From Oopsacas minuta (lineage: Eukaryota > Animalia > Porifera): DNA of 64,000 bases. Location of the stretch: positions 406,322 to 470,321 of the forward strand of contig JAKMXF010000304.1 of the NCBI GenBank assembly GCA_024704765.1. Direction: 5' to 3'. A model generated the notes under the pieces. That model worked only from the letters and a program-made list of their open reading frames with translations. It was not told where the DNA came from and ran no database searches. Position numbers and translations under genes: made by a program. Of this stretch, positions 53,212 through 64,000 are shown in pieces. Numbering within the stretch: position 1 is the stretch's first letter; the number at the start of each line of letters is the position of its first letter.

Positions 53212-55389
53212 GTTATATTTTGAGTTTTTCTGTTGGAGTAGATTTCTTAGCCCATAGTCTTTTTTGCATAGTGACGAAACAGTAACTTGTGGATTGTTGT
53301 TGAGGGGTCCCTTTCGAGGGTTAGCCGATGTAACTGTACAATTGATTTCGATATTCCATGAATGACTTTTGCGGTAATATATGTGATCCATACTTGGAGA
53401 ATTCAAAGAGAACTAATCCCACCCTATTAAAAATATAGTATTGTGTTTTGAATGGAGTTTAATGTCAGACATTTCGAAATAATCGCTCTTAGCTTCAATA
53501 CAGACTTTCAATCATCTAATTCAACAATAAGACGTATTTTAGCGCTCTCCCTTTAGGATTACTTTCAGGTACTTATCATCGCCCTTCCAAGTGGTACCCG
53601 ATCTTGAAATTATTTGCAGCAAGAGGTTTCTTTAACAGTGGGAATTCTCTTAGGTAGACAAACTTGAGCAACAGGACCATAACCATCGATTGCTATTGAG
53701 TGCATTACACTCTTGGCCCAAAATCTGGCCGGGTTTTTTGGCCTTGGTTCATCCGAATACAACTAACCTTTTTACTTACCGGGTCAGTTAAGTATATCAA
53801 GTTTTATCATTAGTGCCAGAAGCTTGTAAGGGCGCTGATGATACAGAATATCATAAATTACAGCCATATATATCACAGGAGTATTCATACTAATTACTTA
53901 AACTGCAGGAATTGACAAAGCCAATACAGTAACGTTTATATTGATGGAATTTGACACATTCCTCTGTTGCTATGCAAATGTATTTCAACAGATTCTAGCC
54001 AAATCTGAATATTGATGATAGGGCTCTAGATATAAACTATTGTATCCATAATATGCGATTTTCCATCCATGAATACTATATAGTTTTGTGGACGGTTAGT
54101 AATTATCACTTCATATCTCCGGATTGTCCTTATAATTTAGCTTTCTTCATAACTTCATTGCCGTTGGAGTTAAGAAACAAATCATTAATATTCATGAATA
54201 CTAAGTCTCTTATTGCGGACACATTAATATAAAATGTAGAGCTCTACCGTCAATATCTTTCAGATAAGGCTACATGATCGTCCAATAAGGACCTTACGCA
54301 ATCAAATGATCGCAATAAATTTTGAAGCTATTCTAATGCTTGGATATCATATTTATTTTTGTCGTTAATGCATTTATAGGGACAGTTACTGTGATAAGCA
54401 CAATAATATCATTCTGTCAACTATACGAAATCCATACCAACATTGTTATGAAGGGATATAGGCAGTTGTGAGTCAGTTATTCCAAAAATCTCCCCATGAA
54501 TACAATCTTCAAGGTATATTACACACAGATTCAATCGTTGCAGGTAAAATAGAAGATGTGGTATATCAATGTTCATTCAATGAATTTCTCACTTTGATTT
54601 GGCATTGTTGTCTCCGCTCGTTTGTCTAATCATTGAAATGTGAATGTAGCTGACAATTCAGTAGAAAAGAATCTATACTATTAAAACGTGATTAATCTAT
54701 CTATATGTATGTTATATCCTAGCGTGTTTCGCTTGCTAGGTCGCTAAGCAACAGTTTAATGCCTCAGACTAGCTTAAGTATTACACAGCTCAATTTCTTG
54801 ATACTATTGGTGGCAACTCGAAGTTTTTTGCCGAAATTTTACTTTTTATTATCCATAAATGTCCAGGGATTTACTTGGAGCAGGGCTATTGTGTTTTAGG
54901 ATTAAAAACAAGAAATGATCATAATGAATCGATTCTACGTCCTGGTTCGTCAGTTCAATAATTTATGTTCTAAACAACTTTGAGGGTGAAATCGAAAACC
55001 AAATGAACTTCATCCTGAAGTTTGAGATAGATTTGCTTTTACTGACAATTGTGTAAAAGAAGGATGACATGATATTATAATCCCGCTCTGAATTTTATTC
55101 AAATGTAATTCATTTTCTCTGTCCCAGGAATCTGGAACTACGTCGAAGTGTTGCGGGTGGGCTTTCCCAACATGAGCAGTAGATCTCCCCAATTTGGCTG
55201 ATTATACGCATATTGAAGCATTCATCATTTGTGTCTCGGTCTCCTAAAAGACGTTTGTCAATTCATTTCCTGCTTTTTCCAAAGCAAGGGGGGCCGATAC
55301 TAGAGTGAGGCGAGAAAATCACTATTGCTGAGTGAGCCATGGGCCATTGATCAAATAAGCGACTATGCATTAACACATCATCCATCACC

Positions 55390-55999
55390 CAGGCCGTAGC
55401 CAGAGCGTAGTGTAAAGAGGGGATAAGTAAACTTTAGGGGAGCTTGGATACTTAAGATTTTTATATCTATTTTGGGGTAGGCCCATGCCCAAACTCCCAA
55501 GCTACTTTGGGGGAAGGTAAAATTACTTAGTTCATAAATATTCAGACAACTCTGGCGTCCCATAGTTTGCTTAGTAATCGTGTATATTGTGACATTCCAA
55601 TGAACTACAAATCTAGGTTACTCTCATACATTTAAATAATATCTAAAATAAACAGAGTCCTCTATCCTTCTTCCTAGAATGATAATTATAGCCATGAGGA
55701 ATGAATTCACTATTCGCACATAAATGTAATCAAACTGGAAGGAATGTATGTTGTGATCATATAAAACCAAAAAATGTAATTTCAATGGTCGCTGTAAAAG
55801 CATCCATATAATTCAGGATATTAACTAGCAAGAGGAATCTGATAACTAAAATGCATAGTCAATTTGACATATTCACAAATATTTCCTTGATTTAACTACT
55901 ATCTATGATCTAAGATAATAAAGGTCAATATAGCTTGGCAAAAATTCACGGGTGGTTAAATTTGCTAGGGGGGCTGAGCACCCCCTAGCCACGGCTCTG
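55390..55999. mobile_element. hAT-type non-autonomous element, 610 bp
   Basis: TIR caggccgtagccag / ctagccacggctctg; 8-bp TSD ccatcacc / ccatctcc (7/8). Confidence 0.75.
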
Positions 56000-56496
56000 C
56001 CATCTCCAAATGAGTAATTATCCCTAATTTAATACTGTTGGTTCACAAATATTGAATCACGAATCAGCCACTATAAAAAGACGTACAACAATGTTGTTCT
56101 CAGCTACTCGCTACTTGGGAACAATTTACATTTACCTGTTTACCACCTTCTTTTGACCGGGCTTAGGGCACAGTGTAGTTCCGCCATTGATTGTGGCCAT
56201 ATTAATTATATTAACTCAAAGTTAGTAGTCGATATGCTACGTATCTACAATTGATGAAACCAAAATAGAATGAGTATTAACAGTCTATAAGGCAATGAAT
56301 GTTTTACATTCAGAACCTCAGTCGTCACACTCCATATAATCTCTCTGTAAGAAGAGTATTGAAAACTGTATTGATAACATAAGATCCTATAAAAACCCTG
56401 ATTACAGCGATTACAGATTGAAATCTTTTGATTTTCTGATTATTACAGTAGAGTGGGTAGATCTCGTTAATCCGTGCTGGGCCTGGATGTCATGTA

Positions 56497-56760
56497 GTGA
56501 AGCCTCACATACGGCCCTCCAAATAGCGGATAACCTCTGAATAATGAAATATAGGCATCTTCACAATTGTGTCACATCAGTTAGAGAGATTGAATCAGAA
56601 TGTATTGAAAAGGTAAATAAAGGCGGCCATGTAGTATATATTAGCAGAAATGATTTGATAATAACTCTAGCGACTATTGAATTACAAGTTGACATTGGCA
56701 AAACTTGTGTCACCCATGTTATCAAATATAACTCAATAACGTGACAATTTTATAAAACAA
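56497..56760 (+). pseudogene. Probable Tigger/pogo 5' fragment (TIR-like start plus HTH_psq remnant)
   Basis: tagtgaagcctc...ccaaatagcggataacctct, then IEKVNKG...VDIGKTCVTHVIK. Confidence 0.4.
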
Positions 56761-57094
56761 AATTTTATTTCATGCATATCTACATCCTTAGATTACTTGA
56801 TCCTGAAATCAAGGACCCACTTGTTGTCGTTTATCCCAGCTTTATAAATAGATAAAAACAAATTGTTTTTTTAACCAAACCGGCGTCATTTCGAACTGGG
56901 AATAGTTGGATGACATGCCTGTGGTGATTATGATCAATTAGAGCCAAAAGATGCCAATTTGATATTCTCTAGAATATTAAGAGTGTAACTCAAATTTAAT
57001 AGAAAAGAAGTGATACTTGGTTATATCCAGTGAGATGCCTATAGTTAGAATGTCTGTGCTTAATCTCTATTTGCCTAGTTATCTATTTATCTAG

Positions 57095-59080
57095 GGGCCT
57101 CATTCACTAAACAACTTAATTTTTGCTTAATTTAAATTTAAGTAAAACTTAAGCATTCCTAAGTAAAATTTAAATTTGGTTAAGTATTCTTAGATATTCA
57201 AAACTTAATTGAATACTTAAAATTTGCTTAATTTATAAGCAAAGTTATAAGCAAACTTAAGTGTAATAACCTATGTGTGGTACTATATCTATTTACTCGA
57301 ACAGTAGCCGGCCTCAATTTTTAGTTTACGAATTCTCGCCCTCTCAACGACCAATTTCGAATTTGATCTCTATTTTGGAAATTTCATTAATCTAAGATGT
57401 CATAGCACCATGACCATATTCCTGAAATTTCTTATCAAATACCGTTCGAGCAGGGACCGAAAGAGATGTTTGGTAAATATTTCGAGGTAGGCAATTATTC
57501 ACGTACGAGCTACTTCTCGAGTAAATACAGTACATCATAGTTTCCTGATCCATTTAACAATATGGTAACATGTAGTCATAATATAACACCGAAAGCCATA
57601 TAAAAGTAGGTTGGTGAATTAACCGATAATATTTTGATAATAATTGTGTAAAATCTAAACAAACAATTATAAAGTGGTGAAAGATACTGTTGATTGATCC
57701 AGCAGCTGAGAAAAGTTAAGTAGTTCTAAACTATATAAATTTTCGAAAAGACTTTTAGTGTTTAAAGCATAAATTCGAAGAATGGACCATCAACAAGATA
57801 AAATAAAAAGAACATCGAAAAATTACTCACAGGAAGAAATCAATACATTAGTTGATTTAGTACAAGAAAATAAATCTGGCTATTTGGTAGCTTTAATGCA
57901 TCTCTAACATTTGAAGAAAAAGCTTCACTTTGGGATTGGTTTAACAAGTCAACACGATATGCATAGGTCTAGAGAGATCAAAGAGAATTTGGTATCTATT
58001 GGGAAAGTAGTCCAGTTACTGCCTGAAATGGTCCAAATCAAACAGTAATAATTAATCTCCTGGCACAACAATCGTTTCGATTCGATGCTCCAAGCAGATT
58101 TCCAACGAATTTCCCTCCTGGTAATGTACCATAATCCACAATCTTTGATAAATTCAGTTTTTTTGCATACTTATATCTGTGTATTGCTAAGTTAGAAAGT
58201 AAGGCAACGGCGTACCCCCGTGTCTCTAACTGTTATTATATAATTATATTCAAATGAATCTACATTTGCTATAATAACTAACATCAAAACTTAGCACCGA
58301 GTTTAATCAAAAGAAATGACTCTTGGATCACTTTTGTCGACTTTCACTAGGAAATTTAATATATCTACTTGCAATAGATGCTAAGCCATCACACACTGCA
58401 TTGACACACCTTGATACAGATGTTTGTGAAATACCATGAGCAGAAGCAACTACTGTCTGAAATGTACCAGTTGCTAGGAACTGTAGTGCTACTGCCAATT
58501 GTGTTGTTGGAGGTATGGAATGGGAACGTGTTGTTGATCGGAATAATTTACTCGGTATCTCATTTAGAAGTTCCATAAAAATATAGCGAGAATTCTGTAA
58601 CGAGCAATAGATTCTCCATCAGAATATTCATCTAAGGGATTTGGCCGATCTCTGAAAACTCTTTGACGGCGCAAGCTACTGGCAATTTCAAGTTCAAGAA
58701 TATGAAGCGCTGATGCCATTGTTGATATCACAAAATTTCTATGTAGAATTAGATAGGACAACAACAACAACAACAATAGTATATATAGATACGTCCATCA
58801 ATGGATAATCAATATACCTAAAATGAGAAGTTTGCTAGGAAAATTGCAATAGTGTAATATACAATCAAAGTTAAGTCAATTACGTATAAACATGACTTAA
58901 GTTTTTGGTAATATTTGGGTAAGTTTAAGCAAATACTTAGTTTTTGCTTAAGTTTTGTTTAGTGAATACCAACTAAAATCTAACTTAAGATTTGCTTGAC
59001 TGTTACTTCATTTTAACCAAATACTTAGTTTTTGCTAAAATTGAGCAATCTTAAGTTAAGTTGTTTAGTGAATGGAGGCC
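57095..59080. mobile_element. PIF/Harbinger element, internally deleted, with convergent Myb/SANT gene (+, from 57782) and HARBI1-like transposase (-, ~58776-58330)
   Basis: TIR gggcctcattcactaaacaacttaa / ttaagttgtttagtgaatggaggcc, flanks tag/cag, many acttaag/ttaagt subterminal repeats. RQRVFRDRPNPL..YSD.E..ARYR; PPTTQLAVALQFLATGTFQ.VV...GISQTSVSR; KNYSQEEINTLVDLV...LFG......K..LW. Confidence 0.88.
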
Positions 59081-59278
59081 CAGTTCTCTTATCGTTAATC
59101 TTCACAATTTGTCTACTTGGACCTGGCGGATAATTAATAATATAATTTCTCTCGCTATTTGATAGTGTATTCAAGTACAATTAGATAATATAAGGCTCTA
59201 CCTCTAAATAGCGGACACTCTCTAAATAACGGATAACGGATCTGTTCCCAAAGGGTCGGCTGTTCAGAGGCTCTACTA

Positions 59279-60589
59279 CAGGGTGGCTTTTAAGTCCTGT
59301 CCCATGCAAAAACTATTATTTATCAATATATATATATATATATAGCTTGGTAATGATATTTATTCTTCTAATTTATGATTCAGAGACAAAACATAGTTCG
59401 CGAAATTTATTCAATATTGCCTCCCTCATTTTGTATTAAACGTGTAATTCTATCTGGCAAGGCCTCAATAGCAGCACGGAGGGTTTTTGGGGAATTTTAT
59501 TCCACTCTTGGCAAAGTTTCCTCTTCAGTGACTTGATACTTGTGTCAGAGTTAACACAAGCTTTCGCCTCGAGAATTGACCACACAGAATAATCCATGGG
59601 ATTCAGGTCAGGACTGTAAGGAGGCCGTTCTTCTTTGGTTATAAAACCAGGAAAATTGTCATATACCCATGACTGGGTAACATTAGAAGTGTGCTGTCGC
59701 CCCGTCTTGCTGGAAAACAAATGAAGTACCTCCGAACATGTCTCGGCCTATATTCTTCAATACTGTCTCCAAAACCATTTCCCAAAAATTAATTGAATTG
59801 ATTTGTACCCCTTCTGGTGCAAAAACCAATGGTGTCCGGTCCATTTTTAATACCCCTGCCCAACCAATCACCGATTTAGGGTTCTGTATTCGGCTTACAT
59901 ATCTGAATTTCTCGTCGAATTTGGAAGGAGATGATGTAAGTATACGATCATTTTGTAAGTTGGTTGCCTCCTGGAGAGTGAATATTTTCTCATCTGAAGT
60001 AATATTTTTTCTAGATTTTCAACAGCGTACCTGCCCAACGTACCTTTATATCTTGCAACCCTTTTGCTTTACCAATTGAGAAAGGAAGTCTACCTTCTTA
60101 CGCTTGAATGAACTCATCCCTAAATCCCTTTTCACAATTTTGGTTATTGCACATCTTGTTACTTTCAGATCTAGAGTCATTTCCTTATGGAACATCTAGG
60201 ATTTCGGCGAATTCGCTGCGCGATGACTTTCCCTAAGCTGGGGTGGTTACTGGGCACGGACGGCCTGATCTCGTCATATCTTCAACTCTTCCAGTATCCT
60301 TGGATCGCCAAATAGTACAGTACACAAATTTCCTTTTGTTTAGAGGGAGTTTCAGGATTCTCAAAATTTCCCTTGAAGGATGTCCTTTTGTAAATCATTC
60401 TACAATTGCCGACCTCTCACGTTCCATCACTGATAAAATTGAAATTTCTCTACAATTGTACTATGAAACTGTATATTTATGTTAAATACATTATAATAAG
60501 GTAAACTAATAAGATATATCTAATAGCAGAGACTCAGTATGGAAAGATGGTTCTTATAAATCATGGGACAGAACTTAAAAGCCACCCCG
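59279..60589 (-). mobile_element. Second DD37D (maT-type) transposon family, 1,311 bp, disrupted transposase 60427-59407
   Basis: 28-bp TIR cagggtggcttttaagtcctgtcccatg / catgggacagaacttaaaagccaccccg (2 mismatches), TA flanks. RSGRP, TSDEKIF, FVFQQDGA, PYSPDLNPMDYSVW. Confidence 0.92.
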
Positions 60590-63245
60590 TATTAAAAATT
60601 TTCAAACGACTATTAAGAATTTCAGAAAGATGTAATCTTGGATCCAATTCGACAGCGAACAAATACAGAATAATATTTTACACTTGTCGGCATCCTTTCA
60701 TCGTTTGCACAACTTTCGGAATATCTTCCCCTAATTTTATAGTATTGTTTCAATGCCTATTGCTAACCTGAACTAAATATTTCGGAATCGGAGCATTGCT
60801 GTCCGGATTAGCGAGGGTGTAGGTGTACTGTATTGCCAAAATACTTATAATTGGTATAAATGTGCTAAGGAAATTAAGAAGCATATAGCTATAGTCTATC
60901 TTAGAAGAAGATTACTGATTACCGCATTTCCCTTAACATTTTTCATAAATATTTTGTGTTTTCAAAATTGTAAATATCTATTCAGGGAGATGTGGTATTT
61001 CATACTACCGCATTATGAATGGGGCAATACTACTTGCACTAGTTGTAATGGGCTAAAATAAATACAGCCAAGTGTTGTTATGTAAGAACATAGTTTGAGT
61101 TTGGATTCAATGTAATTAAAATAGCCTAAAAATTGGTGAACTTTAATTTAGGTGATCAATTTTAATAACCTTAGAAATAGTAGCTCATCTATTTTGATCA
61201 TAATTCACTTCGCTTTAAATCAGGGGGGGCACAAACTCCTTTCTGCGCAAGCCGCATTCTAATTCCAAATATTTATGTCGGAAGTATTGATCTACGAGGC
61301 TACTACTACGTTCCATGTTCTAATTTATTAGAGAAACTCTACTATTTAATTGTAAAATATTCAATAATCATGTATAATATTTTACTAATATTGTTTGATG
61401 AAATTTCCGAATACGTAAGGATGTGTAAGAGAGTGATCTATTAGTGAGAGTACTCAATTAACCTAACCCAAGTTGCCCACTCCTGCTCAAAACTGTCAAA
61501 ATTCCCCCAGAATGTTGGTACCCAATGGGAAATCCTCTTGTATTTTCTTTTTATGAATCGTAATATTTCCCTTTGTAATAAATTTGATACTTTGTATATT
61601 TTTGGTATTCCATAACGAGCTATGTCCGTGCAGATATGTTCAGTAACTATCTATTACAGTAGGACCTCTAGTGAGGGAGGTCGTCCGGCGAATTTCCTAA
61701 TTATACCCCATTCCCTATTTATAATTTCAAATGTAAATGTCCTTACCGAGATTTGGAGTCAATATGTTTGGCTACTCCCTCAACGACAGCTATTTCAACG
61801 ATATTTTGATTAATTTAATGTACCCTGAGGTTGTTGAAAATAGATTTTGTAAAAACATCTTCTGAGAAACCTAGAAATTTGAATTCCTCACAGTTATAAG
61901 TAAGTGGGTTTTTTCCAAACTTTGCACAAAATTTTTATTTAAGAAACTTTTCATAGGACTCCGACTTATAGAGTTAGGTTTTCATGATGTGATGTTTATA
62001 GAGAGAGCCAAATATTATCTACAGAGCTCAGCTCTAGTACAGCATTGCTCAACTTGAGCACAATTTCGCCCATATTTTGTCAGTATAATGAAATACCAGA
62101 AATTTCATGAATCAATTTATTGTTTTTGAAATACCGGTTAATCTAGAGGCGAAAAGTTAAGTCAGGGGTGGAATCAGGTTATTAGACTATGATCTTAGTA
62201 ACTACACCCCTGAAACACAATGGGAAACAACTATATGCGATATAAAAGCTCAATGTCCACAGAATTATATTCTACTGCTCAGCCAATATTCATGATACGT
62301 ATATATTTGAAATTTGAAAAACAGGTACCCCAAATATGCCAAATGTCCTCTCGTCATCACTTTGACCCATTGTAAACTAATCAACTTTTACGACATTATG
62401 ATCTCACTGAATATTCAAAATTTTTTGAATTCCTATATTTTTGATAATTTCATAATACTTTATGCAAGAATTGCCCAGATTAGTGACCAAAAGCTATGTT
62501 TCAGCTCCATTGTTCCGTCAGAAGCCAATTTCATGTTTTGTTGATCGAGCATGGATTATAAACAATTCAAATTTCTCGTATTGTTCTAACTCGAGTCATG
62601 AAGCGCCGAGTGTATCTCGTCGCTGAGTCACCAATGGCACTTACAAATGAATCTATTTCTTATTTAAACTAAACCACGGACAAAGCTGAATGATACCTTT
62701 GCAACCTATCAAGCGAAACGTGTCTCTACTAGAGTATAGAATGCACACAAATATAATGACTATGTTCCCGCTGGGAGACAGTAACCGCTATCCTGAGTTC
62801 AGTTTTTGAGATATTGACTTTAAATTTTTACATAGGTTCGGCAGGTATATGAATGCTCACTTCATCTAACATTTTTCTGATACATGCTCAATCACCATAA
62901 TGACACAATATTTAGTCACTATTCTGTGTATATTGATGAAGTAATTATGGTAGATATTTGGAATGAACACTGAACATCTGTTACAACGTTGTGTTTAAAG
63001 GGTTTCTAGACTGATGATAGTTTCCAAGAACTTGGCATTTATGATCTCCTCCATTCTATATCCTCTCACAGTTTCCCTAACGTTTCCATTTTTTCTAGGA
63101 ATATTCAACACACAAGTTGCGAGTTAGATATTCACCATCAAGACTGCAACCACATAGTAACCTCCTTTACTCTCTACAGAGGGGTACCTAGCATTTCCTC
63201 TATAGTATTACCTGTGGTAGGTAGCAAGGTATACCCAGACCTTTT

Positions 63246-63285
63246 CTGAAATACCCATTGATGCTGCCATCAATGGGTATTTCAG
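63246..63285. repeat. Perfect 18-bp stem / 4-nt loop hairpin
   Basis: ctgaaatacccattgatg-ctgc-catcaatgggtatttcag. Confidence 0.92.
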
Positions 63286-64000
63286 GATATATTGATTATT
63301 CGTAGTTTCTAACTAAGTGTTCGACAAATTTGTTAGACTTGCTGGCGTTAGCTTCCGAAGTTTTCTATTAGCTACCAAGATGGTGAAGCTGGTGGCTTGG
63401 TTGAGCCATCAAAATATATAAATTCTACATAGAGGTTATATACACTGGGATTCGAAAATTGGTATTTTAATGGCTAATCGCAGCCAAATATATCATTTTG
63501 TGGCTTTACGTAACAACGATGAATTTTATTTTATTTCTTAACCGATTATGTGTTTTTAAGTTGCCCAGAGAGTTTGACTCAATGTACGACGTGCAAGTTG
63601 TACTATTTGGGTTGCTACTAGGTTTGCTGACAATTGTCCTGGGGTTTCCATCAAGTCCCGAGCTATGACTATGAAACTTTGTAAGTTAATTCTGATTTTC
63701 TATGTATTTCATCCATTAGGATAATGATGTCGTCCAGAGAATCACTCATTTGTAGAGTGTTTAAGGAATTAAGAATTCATGTTCGTGTGCAAAACGTTGG
63801 AGAAATTGTATAATAGCTAATACAATTTCCCCAAAGTATTGCAATGAGTAACATACTAGACTGACAAGGCATTATAATAATTGAATGCCTTTTTAACTTT
63901 GTAACAGCCTAACATGAAATGGGATCGTGTCTTAATTGACAAATATTTTAGGTCAAGATATTATTCTGCCTCCGGAACCAGGGTATTTTGAAGCTCACAA

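Noticed and set aside
53560-53780. Possible degraded Tc1 DDE fragment (LYSDE...) on the minus strand
   Set aside because: No second or third catalytic motif and no TIRs found
53212-64000. Next KIF14 exon (LSE.LLY...EG / FHA domain)
   Set aside because: No matching frame found; it is presumably beyond the window

Overview
AT-rich eukaryotic (animal-like) genomic DNA, not prokaryotic. The only host gene I can support is three internal coding exons of a kinesin-3 gene of KIF14 type on the + strand (362-784, 36472-36766, 52991-53211; 939 nt, about 1.5% of the window). Their phases match, and they are separated by very large introns (35,687 bp and 16,224 bp; a third runs past the window end). The introns are packed with mostly pseudogenised cut-and-paste DNA transposons, several with both ends identifiable: a Chapaev3-like element carrying a nested SPIN/Buster-type hAT, a ZMYM1/DUF4371-type hAT, a FAR1/SWIM Mutator element with a perfect 9-bp TSD and a nested pogo MITE, an internally deleted two-gene PIF/Harbinger element, two Tc1 (DD34E-type) and two DD37D (maT-type) elements. 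There are also pogo/Tigger fragments, many MITEs, BEL/Pao LTR remnants, a (TAA)33 microsatellite, two perfect hairpins and several decayed coding-like tracts I cannot classify. No rRNA, tRNA or CRISPR was seen. Family assignments come from manual motif recognition, not database searches.
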